From a virus (lineage: Duplodnaviria > Caudoviricetes): 64,000 nucleotides of DNA. Position numbers and translations under genes: made by a program. Where the stretch lies: positions 199,787 to 263,786 of the IMG/VR virus record IMGVR_UViG_3300032167_000004; one strand, written 5' to 3'. The notes beneath the pieces were generated by a model. That model saw only the letters and a list, made by a program, of their open reading frames with translations, had not been told where the DNA came from and did no database searches. Positions 9,879 to 20,627 of this stretch are shown here, in pieces. Each line of letters begins with the position of its first letter. The stretch's first letter is position 1.

Positions 9879-10475
9879 TTAGTTGTTAATCTTAATAGCA
9901 TCAGCAGACTCAACACGAACAGCATTATTATTCTTATAATTGTTGTTCTTATTGTGCTTGTTATGCTTATTATTGTAGTTATTGTTTTTATAGTTATTAT
10001 TCTGCTGATACTGAGGCTTAGTATCCTTAACGGTTTCTTTAACCTCTTCAGCAGGTTCAGCCTGAACTTCTTCCTTTACTTCAGGACCAACTACATCTTC
10101 AATAACTTCTTCTTTTTTTTCTTCAACTACAGGTTCAGTAACTTCAGATACTTCAACAGTTTCTTCTTTTACTTCTTCCTTAGTTTCAACAGGTTCTTCT
10201 TTAATATTATCTTTATTCATGATACTATTAAAGATTTCAGCCTGTTTAGCTTGCTTAGCTTCACGAGAAGCTTTGCTGTTATCATCAGCAAAATTATTCA
10301 TAGTTAAACGGACTTCAGAACCATCATCACAAACCTCAACAACATGAACATTCTTAGAAATCAAAGTAAAAATGGTAGCAGTATCTTCCAGATAAGGAGT
10401 TAACACGGGACCATTAATAAATGACTTAGCTTGAATAGCACCATGGGTGAGGATTTTAATTTTTTTCTTAGCCAT
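9879..10475 (-). CDS. hypothetical protein with Glu/Val-rich and Asn-rich low-complexity tail
   Basis: 198-aa ORF, GGAG RBS. Confidence 0.75.
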   Translation of the reverse strand: MAKKKIKILTHGAIQAKSFINGPVLTPYLEDTATIFTLISKNVHVVEVCDDGSEVRLTMNNFADDNSKASREAKQAKQAEIFNSIMNKDNIKEEPVETKEEVKEETVEVSEVTEPVVEEKKEEVIEDVVGPEVKEEVQAEPAEEVKETVKDTKPQYQQNNNYKNNNYNNKHNKHNKNNNYKNNNAVRVESADAIKINN

Positions 10476-10502
10476 TATATTTTCACTCCATTAAGTTATA
10501 AA

Positions 10503-11165
10503 TTAGTCAATATCTAAATCAATATCATCGAAGTCAAAATCATCAAAAGATTCACCGACATCTTCAATAGTATCTTGTTTTTCACCTTTAATATTAGTAG
10601 TATCAGGAGTGGACTTAGTAGGTGCTTTATCGGGAGCATCCTCAATCTCTTCTTGATCTTCGCCATCGATATTCTTATCACAAGGTTTAGACTTAGTAGG
10701 AGTCTTATCGGGAGCATCTTCAACTTCATCCTGCTTAGTAGCAAGGATATTTTCAAAATCTGCTTCCATTAAATCATCAAAATCAAAATCTTCTAATTCT
10801 TCCATCACTTTGTTGTCCTCCTTTTTTTCATCTTCATCTTCGTCACCAGAATCACCATCTTCATGACCTTTTTCAATAGCTTCGGTAGTTACACTCTCAG
10901 TTAACATAGTTTCGGGAATAAAACCTTCAACAAGATCTTCAATATCTTTTGCAGTAACTTCCTCAACATCAGGATCATCAGGTAAAGAATCAACTAACTT
11001 AGCAATCTCAGGATCATTCTCTGCACCAATAATTAATGCATCAGGATCATCTAAGAAAATATCTTTAATGTCATCAATATTCTCGGAAATATACTCAGAA
11101 GCAGCCTCCAGGCTAGTTCTGAATTCAACATCGTTTCTCATTTTAGCTTTAAGAGTAGTTAACAT
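10503..11165 (-). CDS. acidic late protein (possible head/scaffold component)
   Basis: AGGAGG RBS; late motif at 11200-11211; internal repeat EDAPDK(T/A)PTKS x2. Confidence 0.7.
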   Translation of the reverse strand: MLTTLKAKMRNDVEFRTSLEAASEYISENIDDIKDIFLDDPDALIIGAENDPEIAKLVDSLPDDPDVEEVTAKDIEDLVEGFIPETMLTESVTTEAIEKGHEDGDSGDEDEDEKKEDNKVMEELEDFDFDDLMEADFENILATKQDEVEDAPDKTPTKSKPCDKNIDGEDQEEIEDAPDKAPTKSTPDTTNIKGEKQDTIEDVGESFDDFDFDDIDLDID

Positions 11166-11199
11166 CTATAACACCCTCCTTTAATTATTTTAGGTTAAT

Positions 11200-11211
11200 T
11201 ATCAAAATGTT
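11200..11211 (-). promoter_or_regulatory. late-type promoter motif AACA-N6-TA
   Basis: AACA-TTTTGA-TA; same spacing found upstream of 14 other genes in the window. Confidence 0.7.
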
Positions 11212-11223
11212 TTCATTAAATTT

Positions 11224-12417
11224 TTACATATTCACAAATTTATTATTATAATATTTCATTATGAATAATAATATAGGAATCATAATATAATCATACATAC
11301 AATATTTCATCCTATATTCTTTAAGTCTATCAATATCAATTTGATATATAGAATCAATAGTATCATTAAAATATTTAACCATTAATTCTTCAATAATATT
11401 ATCAAGTTCTTCAATATTATTATTTTTTATACCATCAATAATTTTATCTTTAATATACAATCCTATACCAACATGATCAGGTACAAATACTAAAGATCTA
11501 ATATTTTTTAAATTATAGTATAAGAATATGGAATGTTGATAAGTTATAGGACAGAGTTCATATCTTATATAATCCAATTCCTTAATATCTCTATCAACCA
11601 TTCTACCATAGAAAGACATTTCATATGTGGTAGGAAATTGTTCACCATAGTCTTCATTACTTATACTAATAGTTTCATATTTTTCTTTTCTATTTAATAA
11701 GTTATGTTCACTAATAAAATTAGATACAAATTTATCATAAATATGATCACTCATAGTATTGATTAAGAAACTATTATATCTCTTATTATAAAATAAGGAT
11801 ATATATTTACTAACAAATGTATCATAAATAGAATTTAACTCATTAATTAATTTATATTGATCTTCTTCAATTAAAAAGTTATCTTCTGTTCCAATGTTCT
11901 TAAATATACAAGTATATTTTTCTAATACTTGACTCTTTAAATTCTTTACTGCATCGGTACTAATTGTTTTTAAAGTAAATCCTATTTTATAATAATTATT
12001 AGATTTAATTGTATCATAATCAATTGAAGTTAGCATAAATACATAACTTTCATCTAAATATGATACAGTGAAGAAATCATTAGGTAAAGGTTTGATAGTA
12101 TTAGGTAAAATTAATCCATCACTATCATAACTACCAGTCAATCCTTCTTCTTCATCATTTAAATCTAATTTTATTTGGTCAATTCCATAAATAGGAAAAT
12201 CTTCTATCTTTTGAAATTTTAAAGGGGATTCATGTCCCAAAATTCTATCCACATTTAACAATCCAGTATCTGTAATACTATTTATATTATTAATGTGATA
12301 GTATGTAACAAACGTAGGTGTTTTTTCAGTGAAAACACTATATTGAGATTCTAATCGTTTTTCGTATTTGAATATATTATCATTAATGAAATTCTTCTCA
12401 TTCATTATAAATCCCAA
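11224..12417 (-). CDS. putative virion structural protein
   Basis: 397-aa ORF; GAGGTG RBS; late motif at 12440-12451. Confidence 0.65.
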   Translation of the reverse strand: MGFIMNEKNFINDNIFKYEKRLESQYSVFTEKTPTFVTYYHINNINSITDTGLLNVDRILGHESPLKFQKIEDFPIYGIDQIKLDLNDEEEGLTGSYDSDGLILPNTIKPLPNDFFTVSYLDESYVFMLTSIDYDTIKSNNYYKIGFTLKTISTDAVKNLKSQVLEKYTCIFKNIGTEDNFLIEEDQYKLINELNSIYDTFVSKYISLFYNKRYNSFLINTMSDHIYDKFVSNFISEHNLLNRKEKYETISISNEDYGEQFPTTYEMSFYGRMVDRDIKELDYIRYELCPITYQHSIFLYYNLKNIRSLVFVPDHVGIGLYIKDKIIDGIKNNNIEELDNIIEELMVKYFNDTIDSIYQIDIDRLKEYRMKYCMYDYIMIPILLFIMKYYNNKFVNM

Positions 12418-12570
12418 AACCTATCACCTCACTTTCTATTACAAAAATGTTGAAGGAACACAGAAAAAAATAAACAAGTATATAAAAGGAATGAAATAAT
12501 TCCTTCAGTTACTTCGATACCTTCATTTTCGTGTTCATGATGTTTTCATTGTTCTCCTCTTTTATTAAAC

Positions 12571-12617
12571 ATGTAAAGAGATAATACGGTCTGCTCATCC
12601 GTATTATCTCTTTACAT
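12571..12617. terminator. hairpin/terminator after primase
   Basis: Inverted repeat ATGTAAAGAGATAATACGG/CCGTATTATCTCTTTACAT. Confidence 0.7.
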
Positions 12618-12618
12618 A

Positions 12619-13656
12619 TTATTTTTTCATTTTTACTAAATCAATTTGATTTTTATGAACTCCATAATCTTTTTCTTTAGTATTATAATAAATATTAATA
12701 CTATTTACAAATGGTGATAATTCTTTAATAGTTTTACTATACCAATAACTGTCTTTATCATTATCTGAATAAATATTAATATTAATATTATCTCCAACTA
12801 AACCTAAAGATATAAAGTATTTAATAACTGAAGTATATGCAGCTCCACATACGGCTGCATATACTTGATTTTTTAAATTCTGATTTTTTACATGATAATA
12901 TATTCCTAATATATCAAATGTACCTTCAGCAAGATTAATGTAAATAGGTTCATTACTAAGTATATCAATCTGATTAGGTATTGTATAAAATTTTCGAGTA
13001 TTATCTATACTAGGAACTACAGAATATTTATCATATCTTAATTTATTCGTATTAGTTATATCACGAAATATAACAAATTCATTCCTAACAGATAAGAATC
13101 CAACATAATCATCATTTAAAAGATTTGCTCTAGAAGCACTGGTAGTAATTTGGTCTATTTTATTAAAAGTTAATAACTGTTCTAAACTAAATACTACTTT
13201 TAATTTCTGTAATTCTTCAAATGTGAACGGAATTCCTAATCTATCTTCAATATATTTTTTCTTAATTTCATCACTTGTACCTATTCTTCCTATTGGTACT
13301 CGGTAATTAAATTTATTGTCTTTAATATTATAGATTTTATTAAATTTCTTATTAATATTCTTATTGAATGTAATAAGATTACTATTTAATTTTAAATCAT
13401 TAATATCAAAGGTTCTTAATACTGATGGTGTTAATATACCATTTTCACCACAGTTGAAACAATTGTAAAGTATAGGTTTATCATTATTTAAATTAGTTTG
13501 TACATAGAATCTTGTTTTGCGCGGATCTTTTTTTGAATCTCCACAAAATTGACATCTGAGGGCTATTTGATTTGCATTTATTCTATGTGCATATGGTAAT
13601 TGTAATAATTTATATTCTACACTTTGTTTGAAATCATATTCATCCATTATTATCAC
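12619..13656 (-). CDS. DNA primase (T4 gp61-like, Zn finger + TOPRIM)
   Basis: CQFCGDS...CFNC Zn finger; TOPRIM AEGTFD and YSDND. Confidence 0.85.
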   Translation of the reverse strand: MIIMDEYDFKQSVEYKLLQLPYAHRINANQIALRCQFCGDSKKDPRKTRFYVQTNLNNDKPILYNCFNCGENGILTPSVLRTFDINDLKLNSNLITFNKNINKKFNKIYNIKDNKFNYRVPIGRIGTSDEIKKKYIEDRLGIPFTFEELQKLKVVFSLEQLLTFNKIDQITTSASRANLLNDDYVGFLSVRNEFVIFRDITNTNKLRYDKYSVVPSIDNTRKFYTIPNQIDILSNEPIYINLAEGTFDILGIYYHVKNQNLKNQVYAAVCGAAYTSVIKYFISLGLVGDNININIYSDNDKDSYWYSKTIKELSPFVNSINIYYNTKEKDYGVHKNQIDLVKMKK

Positions 13657-14173
13657 TACTTTTCACTCTTGATGAAAATAGACTAAATACCCATAACATC
13701 AATTTATTAAGATAACTAAATTTAATAGATTGAAACTTATTAACTGGAATAGCTTTCTCATTTAATGCATTATATCTAATTGTAACACATGACCTGAAAT
13801 CATATTCAGGAAAACAATAATCGTCATTATTATAAGTTTCCAATTCCCATCCATTAGGTAATGGATATACCTTTAATAAAGATTCAAAGAATTCTTTCTT
13901 AATAGAATTATCAAATGTTATGTATGCAGGTTGATAATCACCATTCTTTTTAAGATGACCTTCACAACAATATAATGTTTTTAATCCATATTCATTCAAT
14001 GTTTTAATGATATTTATTATACCAGCATCAATCTCAACTGCAGGTTCACCACAATCACATAAATATGAATAATGTACTGTATGACTTAATCTTTTATCTG
14101 TGTAGTATATGTTCTCTCTAACTGTAGACTTATAGATTTTATTACATTCTGTACAATAGAAATATACAATCAT
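13640..14173 (-). CDS. Zn-binding hypothetical protein with TYW3-like motif
   Basis: CTEC...CDCG; IDAGIINIIKTLNEYGLKTLYCCEGH. Confidence 0.6.
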   Translation of the reverse strand: MIVYFYCTECNKIYKSTVRENIYYTDKRLSHTVHYSYLCDCGEPAVEIDAGIINIIKTLNEYGLKTLYCCEGHLKKNGDYQPAYITFDNSIKKEFFESLLKVYPLPNGWELETYNNDDYCFPEYDFRSCVTIRYNALNEKAIPVNKFQSIKFSYLNKLMLWVFSLFSSRVKSSDNNG

Positions 14174-14655
14174 ACAAATCCTCTTTCTTCAAAAATTTTT
14201 CGTATATTATCTATAACATCTGATAAATATTGATCTTGTACAAACATAAATCTTTTTGCATAAATATCACTGTTACATTGTTCTACAAAATCATAAAATG
14301 TTTTATCAATATTATTAATAAATGCTTCACTACTATTTCTTTGCTTATATCTTTGAATATATACATCTTTTAATCTAGGAGATGGATATATCAATGCATA
14401 AGTAATACCTTCTTTAGCTAATCCATTTCTAACATTCTCATGAGAAGATATTAATATGTAATCAACTTTTCCAATTAAACTTTTTATATGAGTAATATAA
14501 TTATTAGGGAAATCAGGATTTCTAACACCAGGTTCTAACCAAGAAAAATTACTACTATCAGAATCTTGTACAATAATATCAGTTCCTTTATACATTTCTG
14601 TCAGATAACTTTTTCCAACACCAGGAAATCCAGAAATAATTATAGTATTTTTCAT
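14170..14655 (-). CDS. P-loop nucleotide kinase-like protein
   Basis: N-terminal IIISGFPGVGKS Walker A; 161 aa. Confidence 0.75.
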   Translation of the reverse strand: MKNTIIISGFPGVGKSYLTEMYKGTDIIVQDSDSSNFSWLEPGVRNPDFPNNYITHIKSLIGKVDYILISSHENVRNGLAKEGITYALIYPSPRLKDVYIQRYKQRNSSEAFINNIDKTFYDFVEQCNSDIYAKRFMFVQDQYLSDVIDNIRKIFEERGFV

Positions 14656-14725
14656 GTTTATTTTCTTCTCCTCTTAATATTATTAAGCTTATCTTTATGT
14701 TAATTACCCTTTTTAATTGTAAAAT

Positions 14726-14760
14726 ATACCCCTATATAGGATTATCCTATATAGGGGTAT
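14726..14760. terminator. hairpin/terminator
   Basis: ATACCCCTATATAGGA/TCCTATATAGGGGTAT. Confidence 0.65.
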
Positions 14761-14792
14761 TCATTAAAATATTTTTGCGCAAAAATATTTCT

Positions 14793-16283
14793 TTATAACT
14801 GATTTAAGAAATTCAAAAATTCGTCACTAATAATATCTTGATTTACTTCAATAGTTTGACCTAATAGTTCTTTATTATCATAATCTACAAAAGTAAATGA
14901 TGTATTTAATAATGTAGATAATAAATTAATAATAAGGTCCTCTTTACCTATATCATTCAATGAACTATACTTATCTTCAATAATATGTTGATAAATAGAA
15001 CTTGATTGAATCTTTGTTAAGAATTTATCATTTCTTATAGTTCTTGCATTTAATTTACTTTCAATATTAGAAGAAATAATTTGAGGTAAATATACACAAG
15101 ACTGGAATTGTAATCTCTTCTTTAACATAATCAATAGTTTTAAATACTGAGTTCTATTTAATAACATCAAATCTCGATATCCGTTGAAGTATTTTGCATA
15201 GTAATAAAATACTAACTGAGATTGGAATTTAGTGATATTAAGATTACGTTTATAATATTCAATCTCTTCATCAGTAATCTCAATATGCATTTTCTTTTTA
15301 ATTCTTTTAATTGTTTTCTTAATGTTAATTTCTGATAAAATTACTGAACTCTCATCAATCTTAGATGCATTCATTTCAAGCTTATCAAGTCCTGATAGGC
15401 CAGATGCATCACGATGTGCTGATAATTCAATACGATTTAACTTGTACGGTTCAACTAAAAAGAAGCGTAATTGCTTGTCCAAAACGACATAATTGAAACT
15501 GACGATATTTTTATTGAATTCATACTTAAAGAATGTTTCAGATATGATTTTATCTTTTAATAATTCTGTCATATGAGTTAATGCGTTAGTGCCAAAAATC
15601 TCGCGCTGTTCCCAGATAAGAGAATTTCTAACGAAATTCACATTAACCTTAGAATATATAGATATCCATAATTTATTATAAATATCGACTTCTTTACCAA
15701 ATATATCAAATAATCCTTCATAAAATCTGAAGATATATTTACGGTCTTTAATTAAACCATAAGAATTTAAATAATGGAACATTGGTGCAACCATCATTTT
15801 CATAGACATGCTAATAGCCATCATAACTTTAGCATGTTTCATTGTGAACTCTAATGTTTCATTATATTTCTTACTAGTATCATCAGATGTTAAATCTATA
15901 TAATAATTATCTTCTACTAACTGATTAATTTTCTCTATCATTGTATCAGTAAGAAGAATATTATAAACCATTTTAATAAAAGTTCCTAATGGAATATTAT
16001 TGTCTTTATTATCAACTAAGAACTTTAATTTTAAATATGCAAGTATTAATTCATTCTCTTTATCGTAATACTTAATAAAATAATTTATATAATGAGTGAT
16101 ATGTTCCAACTTTTTTACATATGACTCTTTTTTAATAATAAAATTATTCAAAGCATCATTATTTTGACGTTTAAAAATCTTATTAAATGGTACTACTACC
16201 AACTTCCCATCATATGTTATCTTCGTATCTTTCTTAGTGGGAACCCACTCATCAATACGGATAAATTCTTCAGTTTCCAACAC
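14793..16283 (-). CDS. non-virion RNAP promoter-specificity (sigma-like) subunit, AR9 gp226/phiKZ gp68-like
   Basis: Segments PFNKIFKR..NNFIIKKESY, NKLWISIYSKV, NIVSFNYVVLDKQL resemble AR9 gp226 as recalled from memory; size about 500 aa; two genes from a chaperonin as in AR9; early motif at 16317-16329. Confidence 0.72.
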   Translation of the reverse strand: MLETEEFIRIDEWVPTKKDTKITYDGKLVVVPFNKIFKRQNNDALNNFIIKKESYVKKLEHITHYINYFIKYYDKENELILAYLKLKFLVDNKDNNIPLGTFIKMVYNILLTDTMIEKINQLVEDNYYIDLTSDDTSKKYNETLEFTMKHAKVMMAISMSMKMMVAPMFHYLNSYGLIKDRKYIFRFYEGLFDIFGKEVDIYNKLWISIYSKVNVNFVRNSLIWEQREIFGTNALTHMTELLKDKIISETFFKYEFNKNIVSFNYVVLDKQLRFFLVEPYKLNRIELSAHRDASGLSGLDKLEMNASKIDESSVILSEINIKKTIKRIKKKMHIEITDEEIEYYKRNLNITKFQSQLVFYYYAKYFNGYRDLMLLNRTQYLKLLIMLKKRLQFQSCVYLPQIISSNIESKLNARTIRNDKFLTKIQSSSIYQHIIEDKYSSLNDIGKEDLIINLLSTLLNTSFTFVDYDNKELLGQTIEVNQDIISDEFLNFLNQL

Positions 16284-16328
16284 GTGTCCTCCTCATTGTT
16301 ATTAAGCTTCTATTATATAATATATACT

Positions 16329-17099
16329 TTATTTTTTTATTGTAGTTTTTACTTTAGATTTTCCTGTAATTTTTTTATGAGGAGTGATACGATGGTCACT
16401 TCTTGTTTTAGTTGCTTTAGGTTTTCCTACAACTTTATTTGTCTCTTTTTTAGGCTTATTATCAGTTTTCTTATTCTTTTCTTCTTTAAGTCTATTATTT
16501 TCTTTCTTAATCTCCAATTCAATTTTATCGGTAGATTTAATAGTTTTCTTGAATTGGTCAATCATTAATCTCTTAGAAATAGGAACTAAGGAAACCTTAT
16601 TCATGAAAGATTTATTAGACTTAATATATTTACAAGCAAAATAAATAGATTTCTCAAAATTAATTACTTCACCAGGATTTTTAATAATAGGATTGTCAGA
16701 TAAAACAATATCCTTATATTTATCCCTTAGGAAATCTATTATAAGTCCATAATCATTATACACATATGCATATGTATAAGTAAAACTAGGACAATTACTA
16801 AATACTTTAATCGTGTATCGATTAAGATTTAAATCATTGGTAACTTCTTTTTCGGTAGGTGTGAATTGAATAACAACATCATATTCATTATTTCTTTCAG
16901 ATTCACTAGGAATTTTCACATGGATATAAAAATTAGTATTATCATGATAATGATAATGTTTAAAGTCCTTGTGTTTTTCCAAAAGTTTAGCATATCTTGT
17001 ATCCAGATCAGATTTAATAAGATTTCTATTAGCAATCGCTGTAGAACCTTTACCCATAGGATTTTCAAGATACTCATCAAGAGTTTGAGGTATGAACAT
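16329..17099 (-). CDS. hypothetical protein with basic C-terminal tail
   Basis: 256-aa ORF, AAGGAGG RBS. Confidence 0.75.
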   Translation of the reverse strand: MFIPQTLDEYLENPMGKGSTAIANRNLIKSDLDTRYAKLLEKHKDFKHYHYHDNTNFYIHVKIPSESERNNEYDVVIQFTPTEKEVTNDLNLNRYTIKVFSNCPSFTYTYAYVYNDYGLIIDFLRDKYKDIVLSDNPIIKNPGEVINFEKSIYFACKYIKSNKSFMNKVSLVPISKRLMIDQFKKTIKSTDKIELEIKKENNRLKEEKNKKTDNKPKKETNKVVGKPKATKTRSDHRITPHKKITGKSKVKTTIKK

Positions 17100-17137
17100 G
17101 GTTTTGTTATCCTCCTTTCTTTCATGGGTTTAATTAA

Positions 17138-17162
17138 TCCAGGGGTAAATTATACCCCTGGA
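17138..17162. terminator. hairpin/terminator after chaperonin
   Basis: TCCAGGGGTA/TACCCCTGGA. Confidence 0.6.
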
Positions 17163-17174
17163 TAATATATAAAA

Positions 17175-18905
17175 TTAATGTTGTTCAGTCATAATAGAAA
17201 TATACTGATTACTGGAATTCAGAAGAGAGATAATAGAAGCGGTAGCTTTCAGAATCTCAATATCAGTTTCACAAGAATTAATAATATCCTTAGAATATGT
17301 GTCATGAATTAGATCATAACAAATAGGTTCTTCACTATTCATACACTTATCAATAATAGCAGTGAAGAAATCATCAGTCATTTCTTTTTCAGTATACTTA
17401 TTACGAAGAATAGTTTTAAATACATTTAGGAATGCTTTTTTAATAATAGCAAACATTTCATGTTCATATTCTTCCATACAAGTATTATTTTTCTTTTCTT
17501 CTTCTGTCATCTGATTAATGATATAAGGAATAATTAAAGATCCACCAATTGTATAACCATGAGTAAATGCAGATTCGCAAGCTTTAACTGCGTCCTCAAC
17601 AAGGTCAAAATTAGCAGTCTTTTCTAATTCAGAATTACCACCAACATGGATGATACCCATATGTCCATTCAACTTAGTCATTCTCTGCTTCAATTCATTC
17701 AGCTTAATATCTACAATACCTCTCTTTTGATTTTCATCAAGAGCTTTATTGTATTTATTAGTAGCATCTGCAACTGCTTTATTATAAAGATTTTCATTTC
17801 TACTAGTAAAACCTCTAATAAAAGTAGTCTTTTCAGAAATTACCATTGAATCAACAAAACCAACATATTCCATTACAGTCTCAGGAGTAATTTCATCAAT
17901 AAACTGTTCACTGATAACCTGGCAACCACACATGATTGCGAAGTCATTATACAGATCATGAGAAACATTATTAACTAAAGATGCTCTAGTATACACAATA
18001 GTAGAGATACCTCTGGTTTTATATTCAACAATAATATTCTTACGAATATTATCAAGTAGGAATTTATCGTAATGAGGTGCAATAACAACTAATCTCTTAT
18101 TATTATGAGCAGCAGTCGTTGCAGCTTCACTAATAATAGGAAGTGCTCTTTCGATATCAATCTTATGGTCAAACATAATAACCATAGGATTATTAATCAC
18201 ACAAGTACCATCATCATTAGTAGTAAAAATATTATCAATATATGTAATATTACCTCTATAACCATCAATAATTTCATATGTAGTCTCATTAGTCTTAGAC
18301 TTAACATACTCAATAGAAGGATTATTGGTAGTCATATAAATATCTCTAATGATTTTAGAAATCTGATCATCACCATTAGTAGAAATATATGCGAGCTTAT
18401 AAATTTCTTCAAATGTTTCTTTATTGACTTGAATAGAAGAAGCATAAATTTTATCAACAAGATAATTTACACATTTATTCAAGGTTTCAATAAATTCTTT
18501 AGGACGCATTGTATTAATAATGCTTTCATGTGCTTTCATTTCTTTAAGAATAGAATTGGCAGCAACAATAGAAGTTGTAGAACCATCACCGACTCTAATA
18601 ACAACCTGAGCACTAATTCTCAGAAGAAGCATCATGATATTATTACTAACAGTATCATTGAATCGGATATTCTTCAATACTGTCCATCCATCCTTAGTAA
18701 TGTGGCATTCGCCATACTTTTCAATAATAGTTGTAGAACCATAAGGTCCTAAAGTCTTAGTTAATGCATTTGATACCTGAGAAAATACATTATCAATCTT
18801 TCTTTTAAATTCACTTTCTTCAATTACATTCCAGGCGAGATATTCTTTATAATAACGGCTCTCACCCGCACGACAAGAAATTTTCTTTTCATTCTGGTTT
18901 TCCAT
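17175..18905 (-). CDS. groEL: phage chaperonin (GroEL/Cpn60 family)
   Basis: TLGPYG, ITKDGWTVL, VGDGSTT, VEDAVKA; ATG 18905 after AGGAGG. Confidence 0.92.
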   Translation of the reverse strand: MENQNEKKISCRAGESRYYKEYLAWNVIEESEFKRKIDNVFSQVSNALTKTLGPYGSTTIIEKYGECHITKDGWTVLKNIRFNDTVSNNIMMLLLRISAQVVIRVGDGSTTSIVAANSILKEMKAHESIINTMRPKEFIETLNKCVNYLVDKIYASSIQVNKETFEEIYKLAYISTNGDDQISKIIRDIYMTTNNPSIEYVKSKTNETTYEIIDGYRGNITYIDNIFTTNDDGTCVINNPMVIMFDHKIDIERALPIISEAATTAAHNNKRLVVIAPHYDKFLLDNIRKNIIVEYKTRGISTIVYTRASLVNNVSHDLYNDFAIMCGCQVISEQFIDEITPETVMEYVGFVDSMVISEKTTFIRGFTSRNENLYNKAVADATNKYNKALDENQKRGIVDIKLNELKQRMTKLNGHMGIIHVGGNSELEKTANFDLVEDAVKACESAFTHGYTIGGSLIIPYIINQMTEEEKKNNTCMEEYEHEMFAIIKKAFLNVFKTILRNKYTEKEMTDDFFTAIIDKCMNSEEPICYDLIHDTYSKDIINSCETDIEILKATASIISLLNSSNQYISIMTEQH

Positions 18906-18957
18906 TATTTTTCCTCCTTTTAATAAATTGGAACTTATGTTAATGTTAATCACCTAA

Positions 18958-19695
18958 TTATTTTCTAGTATATACTGAAGGTGTATAAGGATCAAACATT
19001 GCTAATTTAAATACCAATTTTTCAGATAGTTTATCAATATTATCCACTTTTAAAATAGGGATATTAGCTTCATTTAATTTATACTGCCAACCTGTATTAG
19101 CAACTAATATATTTGTATATCCCACAATACCCTTTTCAATTAATTTATTAATAATAGTAACATCATTTAATACAAAGGATGTAAATCTAATCTTAGAACT
19201 TAGTTCATCTAATACTCTATCTAATTCACCATATACGTATAAAATATTTTTAGTTCCAAAGGTATTATAAATATCTCTAGCGATATTTTCATCATAATAT
19301 CTTGTATAAATATATATTGTATTAAGAAATTTTTGTCTTAATAATATATGAATAGAATTAGAAAAAGATAAAGATATGGATTTAGAAATAATATCAGGAT
19401 AATTTAAATATAAATCAAGATATGTATATTCAAATTCAAATTCGTCAATAGCTAATGATTTTAAAATATTCTGATCATTAGCACTAAAAATAACACCCAT
19501 TAATTCATTATCAGATAAATTCTCTATTTTACTATAATCAATAGAGAATTTATAATTTTTTCTATATTCTTCTGTGAGAAGTTTCTTTAATATAAGTAAT
19601 TTTGGAGTTTTGATAATATCATCATACATTACAAATAAAACTTCCTGTTGGGAAGCAAATGCATTCATAGGCATAAAAAATAACCCCCAATACAA
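18958..19695 (-). CDS. hypothetical protein
   Basis: About 240-aa ORF; start uncertain. Confidence 0.7.
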   Translation of the reverse strand: MYWGLFFMPMNAFASQQEVLFVMYDDIIKTPKLLILKKLLTEEYRKNYKFSIDYSKIENLSDNELMGVIFSANDQNILKSLAIDEFEFEYTYLDLYLNYPDIISKSISLSFSNSIHILLRQKFLNTIYIYTRYYDENIARDIYNTFGTKNILYVYGELDRVLDELSSKIRFTSFVLNDVTIINKLIEKGIVGYTNILVANTGWQYKLNEANIPILKVDNIDKLSEKLVFKLAMFDPYTPSVYTRK

Positions 19696-19700
19696 AAAAA

Positions 19701-19737
19701 ATATAGTGACAATAGAAATTTTCTATTGTCACTATAT
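19701..19737. terminator. intrinsic terminator
   Basis: ATATAGTGACAATAGAA/TTCTATTGTCACTATAT with poly-T on the minus strand. Confidence 0.75.
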
Positions 19738-19744
19738 AAATTAA

Positions 19745-20569
19745 TTAACCATTCAATGCTTCATCTAAATCATCTGCACTAATATGTTCCATTGCTATAT
19801 CAAAAGAACTATTATTAGAACGATTATTACTAAAAGTATTCTTAGTCGTAGTAGTAGCATTATTCCAAATGCTAGTTTTACCACTATATCCCTTAGGATT
19901 CAAATCAACTCCAACTTTATCAGCAATAGCATTTACAGTATTAACCATCCTGTCATTACTATAACGATTATTATACCTATTTACATGACTATTAAAATTA
20001 GAATTCTGAATAAAGGATTTCAACAATTCAATGAATAACATAAATTCAGCACTAATATTAGTTTCAACATTATAATCACCAGTATTAGGATCATAATCAT
20101 CAACAGTCATAGACTTCTTAAATTCATAATAAATAGACTGTTCTGCTTTCTTAGTATCAGGATTCAAACCCTTATGAATTGCAATATAGGGACGAATGCT
20201 CTGAGTAATAGCTTTACCAGTACCAACAGTTACAAGACTATCACCTGCAACGCTAATACCAATATTCTTTTCTTCTTCATTTTCAATTGCAGGAAGAATA
20301 TCCTTATTAATCTTATAAAGCAAAAGCATAACCTTCTCCATATTCAGAGAAGTTGCAACAAACTTATCATAATCATACAGTTGATCCTTACTCTGCTTAT
20401 CAGGGGGGAGAGCAGGATTAATTCTCAAACTAAACATTTCATCCCAACCAGAAATCTGCAAAGTAGAAGGTTCAAAACCATCTCTATTCTTGAACTGATA
20501 TACCTTAGTTGTAATACTCTTACGGTTATCATTTTCGTTGTTTTGTCTTGTTCCAAAATTATTTGCCAT
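19745..20569 (-). CDS. hypothetical protein, possibly ssDNA-binding
   Basis: AGGAGG RBS; Asn/Thr-rich linker then acidic C-terminal tail (ADDLDEALNG); function inferred from architecture only. Confidence 0.55.
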   Translation of the reverse strand: MANNFGTRQNNENDNRKSITTKVYQFKNRDGFEPSTLQISGWDEMFSLRINPALPPDKQSKDQLYDYDKFVATSLNMEKVMLLLYKINKDILPAIENEEEKNIGISVAGDSLVTVGTGKAITQSIRPYIAIHKGLNPDTKKAEQSIYYEFKKSMTVDDYDPNTGDYNVETNISAEFMLFIELLKSFIQNSNFNSHVNRYNNRYSNDRMVNTVNAIADKVGVDLNPKGYSGKTSIWNNATTTTKNTFSNNRSNNSSFDIAMEHISADDLDEALNG

Positions 20570-20627
20570 AAAAATTTGTCCTCCTAAAAATAATTGATTA
20601 CATTTAAGTTCTTAATGATATTAAAAG

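Noticed and set aside
12507-12560. Strong RBS followed by MKTS* overlapping MNTKMKVSK* on the - strand
   Set aside because: Too short to support; may be a gene remnant
18105-18752. 215-aa ORF antisense to the chaperonin, and similar antisense ORFs (20174-20587, 58249-58839, 50958-51335)
   Set aside because: Opposite-strand shadows of well-supported genes with no independent signals
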